Source: a virus. Taken from it: DNA of 64,000 nucleotides. Position numbers and translations under genes: made by a program. The stretch covers positions 51,692 through 115,691 of the IMG/VR virus record IMGVR_UViG_3300033075_001734; one strand, given 5' to 3'. The notes below the pieces were generated by a model. That model saw only the letters and a program-made list of their open reading frames with translations. It was not told where the DNA came from and made no database searches. This document shows, one piece after another, positions 57,577 through 64,000 of the stretch. Numbering within the stretch: the first letter of the stretch is position 1; each line of letters opens with the position of its first letter.

Positions 57577-57789
57577 TTACACTACAGAAATGTCTTTAAG
57601 ACGTAACAAACCGATCCAACCTGTAAAATCATCATTAATGATGTATAATGAAACATCTGTCGTTGCTATAACGAATGCAATTGAATTAACTTTCCAAATT
57701 GTATGAATCGATCGTATTAAAAACGGATCTTCATACACACTCTTATTTACGTCCGATATAATCAAAGTACCAGGCAAAATCTCACTCAT
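57577..57789 (-). CDS. PGDL/GWI family member
   Basis: Contains ILPGTLII and GWIGLL. Confidence 0.4.
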   Translation of the reverse strand: MSEILPGTLIISDVNKSVYEDPFLIRSIHTIWKVNSIAFVIATTDVSLYIINDDFTGWIGLLRLKDISVV

Positions 57790-57997
57790 AAATATCAGCG
57801 TTATTTTTATGGATCCAACCAGAATTCTTTTCATTAAGAACGAATAGTGAATCATCAACTACGGATATTACATAGAAAATCATATTAGCGGAGGCGGCGT
57901 CGCTATCGAAGATCATAAACTCATCATATAATTTCACATCATTATAAATGAACATTAACGATGTAGAAATCACAAGATCTCCCGGTAGAATTTTCAT
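57782..57997 (-). CDS. PGDL/GWI family member
   Basis: Contains ILPGDLVI and GWIHK. Confidence 0.45.
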   Translation of the reverse strand: MKILPGDLVISTSLMFIYNDVKLYDEFMIFDSDAASANMIFYVISVVDDSLFVLNEKNSGWIHKNNADIYE

Positions 57998-58004
57998 AAT
58001 TTTT

Positions 58005-58247
58005 CTAGTAATTCAAAAACATGTGGTTATAATCTGCGTAGCCAAACGTTATCCAACCCGTACCGTTTGATTGAATAATAAATAAACTCATATGATTTCG
58101 CCAGTGAATAACAGAAACAATTAACCCATATGTATTGTATTTCCATATACATGATAGTTTCTGTTTTGGATTTATTTCTCCATTTTTATTAACGTATATA
58201 CCCAGTGATAACGTTTGTTTTGTTTTGCAAAAAAGTCCTGGTTTCAT
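58005..58247 (-). CDS. PGDL/GWI family member
   Basis: Contains GWITFG; the N-terminal motif is degenerate. Confidence 0.35.
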   Translation of the reverse strand: MKPGLFCKTKQTLSLGIYVNKNGEINPKQKLSCIWKYNTYGLIVSVIHWRNHMSLFIIQSNGTGWITFGYADYNHMFLNY

Positions 58248-58268
58248 ATGATGTCATCACGCAACATG

Positions 58269-58520
58269 TTAAATATTCAACTTTGAAAAAGCACTTTCAT
58301 TTGTCAAATCAATCCACCCAATACCATATTTTGCAATAATCATACACGTTTGTGTCTTCAAGCCAAGGATTTTCTGATTATCACAATAGACAATGAAGAT
58401 TAAATCATTTGCATGTAAATGAAATTTTATAAAGGCATGAATATTATAACTTTCCCAAACTATTTTATTCACATTTAAAGTGTAATATTCACCCGGCAAC
58501 ATTGGTATACTGCGTATCAT
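58269..58520 (-). CDS. PGDL/GWI family member
   Basis: Contains MLPGEYY and GWIDL. Confidence 0.4.
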   Translation of the reverse strand: MIRSIPMLPGEYYTLNVNKIVWESYNIHAFIKFHLHANDLIFIVYCDNQKILGLKTQTCMIIAKYGIGWIDLTNESAFSKLNI

Positions 58521-58755
58521 CCATATATGAAATCCATCCTATTCTAGAATCTGATGTTAGCACTGATAATGCAAAAAATGTACCCAACTTTTTTTTAGCA
58601 ATAATAAAAACAATTGAATTTGCTAATATACTGTGTTCATAATGAACAGGATTTAATTCGTAACGTAACCAGGCATGCGCATACGATTCATCCAAATATC
58701 TTAGATATTTTAATCTAATCAAAGTTCCAGGCCCTACTTGCACAATATTATCCAA
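58489..58755 (-). CDS. PGDL/GWI family member
   Basis: Contains VGPGTLI and GWISY. Confidence 0.4.
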   Translation of the reverse strand: MDNIVQVGPGTLIRLKYLRYLDESYAHAWLRYELNPVHYEHSILANSIVFIIAKKKLGTFFALSVLTSDSRIGWISYMDDTQYTNVAG

Positions 58756-58988
58756 TCATTAATCATAAATGATATGTCATCGCTTAAATAAAGAATACCA
58801 ATTCCATATTCAGGGTTTATTATAATTACGTTGATTTCTTCACTCTTATTATCGTGAATTTTAGAAATGACAAAAAAATTGTTTCCTTTAAGGAAACAAT
58901 TCGAATTGTCTAAAGTGTCAAACCATATTCCATATTCTCCCTTCACTGATATTAATGCGCCTGGATTAATGTCTTTAAATGTGAACAT
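58734..58988 (-). CDS. PGDL/GWI family member (variant)
   Basis: Contains INPGALIS and GIGILY. Confidence 0.35.
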   Translation of the reverse strand: MFTFKDINPGALISVKGEYGIWFDTLDNSNCFLKGNNFFVISKIHDNKSEEINVIIINPEYGIGILYLSDDISFMINDWIILCK

Positions 58989-58998
58989 TATTCAATAC

Positions 58999-59247
58999 TT
59001 ACACGCGCACAAAATCTGTAACATATGCCCAACCAAAACTTTTTTCTGAAAAAACATATATCATAACGCGATTATCAAATGTTGAAATTTTCGCTATAAC
59101 CAGATAATAATTTAATATGTCTGAAAAAACATATTCACATTCTAGAAACGCATTAGAATTAAAAGAAACATTAGTTGGATTAATCAATCCTGAATATCTT
59201 CTGTAAACTAGATCGCCTATGCAAATGTCACCCGAGTACTTTTTCAT
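58999..59247 (-). CDS. PGDL/GWI family member
   Basis: Contains CIGDLVY and GWAYV. Confidence 0.4.
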   Translation of the reverse strand: MKKYSGDICIGDLVYRRYSGLINPTNVSFNSNAFLECEYVFSDILNYYLVIAKISTFDNRVMIYVFSEKSFGWAYVTDFVRV

Positions 59248-59525
59248 TAAACATAAGTAAATTCATAAAGCTTCATATTCATCAATATACAGATGAACCC
59301 AACCTAATTCACCACGTGATGTCATAATAAACACTTTATTTAAAGTATTGCTCGTTTTATATGATGAAATTATTAAAAAAAGAGAACTTAGTTCTAATTT
59401 TCCCCTTAAATGCGTATAAGAAAAAAATTGATATCATCAAATAATTGCAATTCAATAGATGACGTGAATTTACATATTGAACCTGGCCACATGAGTATAC
59501 AATCTACGTTAAAGTGACGGAAACT

Positions 59526-59834
59526 TTAATTTAAATTTTTGAAATCGCCAATATCTAACTGATCAATCCAGCCAAGCCCAAATTTTGTTAACACTAAATA
59601 TGTGTTAAAGCCATCTATCATAGATGATTTGTTGATAATCAAAAATATGTCATTAGCATTTATAATAAATTTAGGTCGATTATTGATTTCTAAGGCTAAA
59701 GAATTCCAAACACTCGTTGTTCTATTTGACATGCAAATATCACCTGGTAAAAACACTTTCTTATTTGTCACTGTACTTCCAACGGGATAAAAACGGGAGC
59801 CACTAAAATGTATAATTGAGGAACAATTCTCCAT
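59526..59834 (-). CDS. PGDL/GWI family member
   Basis: Contains FLPGDICM and GWIDQL. Confidence 0.4.
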   Translation of the reverse strand: MENCSSIIHFSGSRFYPVGSTVTNKKVFLPGDICMSNRTTSVWNSLALEINNRPKFIINANDIFLIINKSSMIDGFNTYLVLTKFGLGWIDQLDIGDFKNLN

Positions 59835-60040
59835 GCATTGTGCGCAGAGCCTAGTGCTGTTGAAAATTTATCAAATGTAACATCATACATTTGTCCATTT
59901 GAAGATAATAATTTGATGAATTTTTCTTCTATGTGCGCAACAACAAAAAAATTTGACCCATGATATGTGAATATCATCCCAGGTTCAATGGCTTGACTTT
60001 TTTTGAAATAAACAGTACTATGTAATATCAAATTATTCAT
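59768..60040 (-). CDS. PGDL/GWI family member (divergent)
   Basis: Contains IEPGMIFTY. The C-terminus is divergent and overlaps its neighbour. Confidence 0.3.
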   Translation of the reverse strand: MNNLILHSTVYFKKSQAIEPGMIFTYHGSNFFVVAHIEEKFIKLLSSNGQMYDVTFDKFSTALGSAHNAWRIVPQLYILVAPVFIPLEVQ

Positions 60041-60272
60041 TGTGAATTAAAATTTCATATTCATCTTCAAGAAGGTCTATCCAACCAATGTTATTACGTG
60101 ATGTAACAACTAAAACTTTTTCTACGAGATCTTGTGCAATAGTTTTTGATATCACTAAAAATAAATCATCGTATGTTAATTTGCCCATTAAGTTAACAAC
60201 TTCTTTAGGATGAGGCGATAAATACAGTGCATAACGCTTTTTGTATTTATGCAAAAAGCCAATTTTTAACAT
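60033..60272 (-). CDS. PGDL/GWI family member
   Basis: Contains DDLFLVIS and GWIDLL. Confidence 0.4.
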   Translation of the reverse strand: MLKIGFLHKYKKRYALYLSPHPKEVVNLMGKLTYDDLFLVISKTIAQDLVEKVLVVTSRNNIGWIDLLEDEYEILIHNE

Positions 60273-60478
60273 GAAATAATCTCATATTCACTTGTCAACA
60301 AGTGAATCCAACCTATATTATTTTTCATCGTAATGATAAAAATTTTCTCTTTTTGATTTTTATAGGTCGTTATCACTAAAAATAAATCATCGGGCTCCAA
60401 GGTTACTGATTCATTTATAGGGTAATAAATGTCAACGAATTGTGATAACTGCAATCGATTTTTTTTGTGAATTTGCAC
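60266..60478 (-). CDS. PGDL/GWI family member
   Basis: Contains DDLFLVIT and GWIHLL; it is the closest paralog of the previous ORF. Confidence 0.4.
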   Translation of the reverse strand: MQIHKKNRLQLSQFVDIYYPINESVTLEPDDLFLVITTYKNQKEKIFIITMKNNIGWIHLLTSEYEIISC

Positions 60479-60497
60479 AGAAAACCTGGTTGCAACA

Positions 60498-60776
60498 TCA
60501 AATTATCCGATATTCATAGGAATACAATTTAATCCAACCCAATTTACACTTTGATGTGATGATAAAAAACATTTTATGTTCTGTCTCTTCAATTAATCGT
60601 GGGCGTCTTTTAATTTGATTGGTGCTATCTTCAGTTATCGAAATAATGAAAAACAAATCACCTGTATAAACACAGAAGGCGTTATGAATCAATGGAATTT
60701 CTGTGACGAATGATGATAAACGTAACGGATAGTTGGCCATGTAAACACATAAAGATCCGATTTCTGGCTTAGGCAT
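60498..60776 (-). CDS. PGDL/GWI family member
   Basis: Contains YTGDLFFI and GWIKL. Confidence 0.4.
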   Translation of the reverse strand: MPKPEIGSLCVYMANYPLRLSSFVTEIPLIHNAFCVYTGDLFFIISITEDSTNQIKRRPRLIEETEHKMFFIITSKCKLGWIKLYSYEYRII

Positions 60777-60951
60777 GTGGGGAACTCAATTTAGAAAAAC
60801 ATATCGTATAATCCAGAACAAAAACGAAAGTATTGTAATCAAGTTCAATCCAATACGTTTCAACAAACAATGATATATCTGATGTTGTTATAAGAAGATC
60901 GCCTGGAAACAGGTGCAAATATGACGTGTCGGGAACCAAAATTAAACCTTC

Positions 60952-61260
60952 TTAAACACGTAATATGTCTAGAGCTCGCATGTCTAGAGCTCGCATGATG
61001 ACATCAATGGAATAGATAATGAAGCCATATTCATGCGCGGTCATAACAAATAGCCAAGTTGAATATCTTTCAAGACGATAATTGCTAGGAATAACGGAAA
61101 TAACAAGTGCAAATTCATTTTTGTTGTTGCGAAAAGTATATTCACCATTCACATTTAATTGTGCATAAACACACTTCGTTTCCAAGATTTGAATCAAATC
61201 CCCAGGTACTATATCACACTTTTTCAAAATACATTTCATAACTCCAACACAATTTAGCAT
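60952..61260 (-). CDS. PGDL/GWI family member with a C-terminal MRALD tandem duplication
   Basis: Contains IVPGDLIQI. The 3' end contains a 16-bp tandem duplication (CATGCGAGCTCTAGAC x2). Confidence 0.4.
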   Translation of the reverse strand: MLNCVGVMKCILKKCDIVPGDLIQILETKCVYAQLNVNGEYTFRNNKNEFALVISVIPSNYRLERYSTWLFVMTAHEYGFIIYSIDVIMRALDMRALDILRV

Positions 61261-61507
61261 CAGGTGTTAATAGAAACACACAGGAATAATCTAACACATT
61301 ATCTTTTTGAGGTATACATGATATGACGACAAATATTCTCGTGTCTTTAAAGTAAAACAGTTTCTGTGCGGCGTTTAATTCATCTAAGGTTTTTAACTCT
61401 GAATCAAACACAAAATCATTGTTATGGTAACTGTAACACCATGCTGCTACTGTTTTAAGCAAATCACCAGGATAAAAAATCTGATTCATATCATTATGTA
61501 AAGACAA
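61214..61507 (-). CDS. PGDL/GWI family member
   Basis: Contains FYPGDLLK and CWSYE. Confidence 0.4.
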   Translation of the reverse strand: MSLHNDMNQIFYPGDLLKTVAAWCYSYHNNDFVFDSELKTLDELNAAQKLFYFKDTRIFVVISCIPQKDNVLDYSCVFLLTPDAKLCWSYEMYFEKV

Positions 61508-61540
61508 AGTTAAATGACAACATCGTGTCGGGACCCAATT

Positions 61541-61789
61541 TCAAATTTTCCTAAACACAGAAATGTAAGAATCTGAATTGTAAAATTTATTACATGTAAT
61601 TCCAAGCTTTGTGATAAAGAAGAATTCAACAATAAGATATTTTGATCTAGGATTGGTAACCCTCCTAAAAATCAAAAAGAAAATATCCCCTTTGCTAAAA
61701 AGGGCTAAATCATTTCGCCAAACCTCAACATTAGGATTAAAGACTAATAAATCCCCAGGAAATAATTGTGAAAAAATTGCATTATTCAT
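61541..61789 (-). CDS. PGDL/GWI family member
   Basis: Contains LFPGDLLVF. Confidence 0.4.
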   Translation of the reverse strand: MNNAIFSQLFPGDLLVFNPNVEVWRNDLALFSKGDIFFLIFRRVTNPRSKYLIVEFFFITKLGITCNKFYNSDSYISVFRKI

Positions 61790-62051
61790 GTAATTTGCAC
61801 AGACTAGTGGATATTCACAGCTGACACGGGATGGGACTAAGACAGAAAATAAAAGACAAAAGTATTATGGTGATACGACATGAGGAAAAGAGTGGGACGG
61901 GGGAAAGGGACGTATTACTGCATAAAGTTATGGCAAAAACAAAACAGCGTAATACACAAAGGCTTTTCCATATATTGATTTTTTGCTTATTTTATGCGTC
62001 ATTTCATCAGTGAACTGTTACGCGCAATTCTTTGACTCGTACCCCTAGCAA

Positions 62052-62106
62052 AATGATAACATTGTTCGCTAAGCTATTACACTTTAAGCGAACAATGTTA
62101 TCATGC
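62052..62106. repeat. 18-bp perfect inverted repeat (ATGATAACATTGTTCGCT ... AGCGAACAATGTTATCAT) with a 17-nt spacer
   Basis: Seen in the sequence. The half-site AAAATGATAACATT recurs at about 62182 (direct) and about 63097 (inverted). Confidence 0.7.
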
Positions 62107-62217
62107 TCAATTATAAAACATTATTGAATTCAACAATGAAAATCAACAATAATATTTCTTGTTTTTTCGCGTTTCCCTCTAGCAAAATGATAACATTTTA
62201 TCACAAATCATCACAGT

Positions 62218-62988
62218 TTAACGCCGTTTGGCTGCCTTGATTTTGATGCGCTCAAGTTTCTCTGCTCTAATGACTTCCTTGGGGCGATTCTTACTACCAG
62301 CTGGGCGACCTCGCCCGCGCTTCTTTTCGACAATTCCATTTTCTTTGTTGAATTGAGCTTTTTGCTTTGCAGCAAGTTCCTTGCGAGCTTTTGCTGGATT
62401 AAATGGATCTCCCCTGCCGGGAACCAATTTAACATTTTGGCCGGGATGTTTGAATCCAATATTCGCTAGCGTTCCGTGCTCTTCATCAATACACTTCACA
62501 ACGCCAGTATCATCATCAATTTCTCGCACCCTGTAGATCTTGGTATCTAGCCAATAGTTAAGAGACCAAGACAAGAATCTTTCTACGACGATTCTATCAC
62601 CAGCAGCAAATAGTGGAAGAATCAACCCGTCTTCCAGGGTTACAGTTCCATTTTCAAGATGTTCAATGCTAGGCCTACGAGCAAGTCTGCGTTGCTCTCT
62701 AACGTTATCAGGAAGAGTTGCTTCCTCCATGTCTTCATCTGATTCAACAGAGATCTTTGCAGTTAGAGATTTTTCGTTTTGTGTCACCGCGTTCTCAATT
62801 ACAGAGTCAGCGCCACTGAACAAACCAGAAATGTTATCATTTTTGCAAGGGACAGACGCGTCTTTTTCAGTCATTTGATTTCCCATATTACTGTCAGTGA
62901 CACTCGATTTACTCGAGTTTTTTTGCGCCACCTTGGAAGTCCTAACCATGGTCTTAATATAACCCAATTTTCTGTGCACTTTCATCAC
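62218..62988 (-). CDS. AT-hook DNA-binding protein
   Basis: C-terminal KKRGRGRPAGSKNRPK and PGRGDPFNP (AT-hook GRP cores) plus a basic tail. It lies in a region of higher GC content. Confidence 0.5.
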   Translation of the reverse strand: MMKVHRKLGYIKTMVRTSKVAQKNSSKSSVTDSNMGNQMTEKDASVPCKNDNISGLFSGADSVIENAVTQNEKSLTAKISVESDEDMEEATLPDNVREQRRLARRPSIEHLENGTVTLEDGLILPLFAAGDRIVVERFLSWSLNYWLDTKIYRVREIDDDTGVVKCIDEEHGTLANIGFKHPGQNVKLVPGRGDPFNPAKARKELAAKQKAQFNKENGIVEKKRGRGRPAGSKNRPKEVIRAEKLERIKIKAAKRR

Positions 62989-63339
62989 TTGTCTAAAAAA
63001 GAATCATGGCGTAAATCTGTGTTTTTGCTCAATTCAACGGCGAATTCAAGACAAAAATTGCAGGTTCACACCACGCTTTGCATGATGAATTTTGACTAAA
63101 ATGTTATCATTTTCTCGATAGAAAATCGTTTTCTATTTTTAGTTTCACACCTTTTCGATGTTAAACTTGTCTGTCTCTGACAAAAATTTCAACAACTGTT
63201 CATACAATGCAAATTCAATTTTTGCTCGACGTAAGCGCCAATAAGGATTATGAAGAGGATCAATCTCGTCATCATAAGTTCCGTATTTGAAAAAAACATT
63301 TTCGCAAGATTCTTGTTTTTTTCAAGATGATCTGCAACT

Positions 63340-64000
63340 TTATGATTGCACAAATATAGCGTTTTCACTTCGAATTCTTTCCTGACCCAGACCAAAACCT
63401 AGACCCAGACGCAGACCAAGATCCAGACCTAGGCCAAGGCCAAGATCCAGATGTAAACCCAGACCCAAACCCAGACCTAGACCTAAACCCAGACCTAGAC
63501 CCAGACAAAGACCCAGATTTAGACCCATGCCCATGTAGTTTCTTGTACTTAAGTTTTGTCATTGCGAATTCTTTCCAGACCTAGACCAAAACCTAGACCC
63601 AGACGCAGACCAAGATCCAGACCTAGGCCAAGGCCAAGATCCAGATGTAAACCCAGACCCAAACCCAGACCTAGACCTAAACCCAGACCTAGACCCAGAC
63701 AAAGACCCAGATTTAGACCCATGCCCATGTAGTTTCTTGTACTTAAGTTTTGTCATTGCGAATTCTTTCCAGACCTAGACCAAGACACAGGCCCAGACAT
63801 AGACCACCTAGACCAAGACCTAGGCCAAGATCCAGATGTAAACCCAGACCCAAACCCAGACCCAGACCTAGATCCAGACCAAAACCCAGACACAGACCCA
63901 GACCTAGATCCAGACCAAGATCCAGACCCAGACAAAGACCAAAACCCAGACACAGACCTAGACCTAGACCAAAACCCAGACACAGACCTAGACCTAGACC
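63340..64000. repeat. 6-bp minisatellite (CCAGAC/CTAGAC/CAAGAC variants) organised in higher-order repeats of about 194 bp; it runs to the window end
   Basis: Seen in the sequence. Track ORFs 63365-63562 and 63559-63756 are near-identical because they read through successive repeat units. The element ATGCCCATGTAGTTTCTTGTACTTAAGTTTTGTCATTGCGAATTCTTTCC recurs at about 63525 and 63719. Confidence 0.85.

Noticed and set aside
19-62878. Many 60-140-aa ORFs antisense to or embedded in larger annotated genes (for example 4281-4628(-), 22355-22762(-), 25339-25800(-), 31722-32153(-), 37452-37793(-), 56585-56864)
   Set aside because: They overlap strongly supported genes on the other strand or frame, have low-complexity composition typical of AT-rich antisense frames, and lack Shine-Dalgarno sequences or conserved motifs.
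63340-63983. Four minus-strand ORFs encoding GLGLGLGL or SGSRSGSGS polypeptides
   Set aside because: These are artefacts of reading through the 6-bp minisatellite in different frames. Successive ORFs are identical because the DNA units repeat, so they are not credible genes.
1-64000. Alternative genetic code (TAG/TGA recoding), as in some huge phages
   Set aside because: Long conserved genes (groEL, dnaE fragments, UXS, FEN, MVP) are uninterrupted, and genes end at TAA, TGA and TAG with sensible C-termini. There is no need to invoke recoding.
1-64000. Eukaryotic giant-virus origin, suggested by the multigene families, MVP, GroEL and IF-1
   Set aside because: There are frequent AAGGAG/GAGGTG Shine-Dalgarno spacing before ATG and ATGA translational coupling. 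The genes are bacterial or phage in type (DnaE, HslV-like, T4 RNase H, Rnl2, T4 lysozyme, Seg/HNH endonucleases). There are no spliceosomal features.

Overview
This is an AT-rich, densely packed, mostly plus-strand-coding window. Its gene content and signals fit a very large (jumbo/huge) T4-like bacteriophage better than a cellular genome or a eukaryotic giant virus. Shine-Dalgarno-like AAGGAG/GAGGTG motifs lie 6-10 nt upstream of many ATG starts, and start/stop codons often overlap as ATGA. T4-type functions recognised include thymidine kinase, dCMP deaminase, a ThyA-family enzyme that I infer to be a dCMP hydroxymethylase, a T4 RNase H-type FEN, an Rnl2-like ligase, a GH24 lysozyme, HNH and GIY-YIG homing endonucleases, and many proteins with a T4 capsid-targeting-like N-terminus. 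Unlike T4, the replicative polymerase is a DnaE (Pol III alpha) rather than a PolB. It is split into at least three ORFs by an intein and by inserted endonuclease and other genes.

Other unusual content includes a GroEL chaperonin, IF-1, an Fe/Mn superoxide dismutase, two tandem HslV/proteasome-like Ntn hydrolases, a UDP-xylose synthase plus a second SDR epimerase and a putative glycosyltransferase, an ADP-ribosylglycohydrolase and a candidate ADP-ribosyltransferase, two Nudix hydrolases, a membrane fatty-acid-hydroxylase-type di-iron protein, and secreted proteases. The findings I would look at first are:
- an 879-aa major vault protein homolog on the minus strand;
- a tandem array of at least 15 small paralogous genes sharing a PGDL...GWI signature, with 3 more copies on the plus strand at 14.9-15.7 kb;
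- a family of proteins sharing an MKLTLxQLRKLIxE-type N-terminus, including recently duplicated cassettes with chimeric gene ends and one pseudogene copy;
- the right end of the window, where GC content rises, an AT-hook protein is flanked by AAAATGATAACATT motifs, and a 6-bp minisatellite (CCAGAC/CTAGAC) runs off the end, suggesting proximity to a genome terminus.

There is no CRISPR array and no convincing tRNA.
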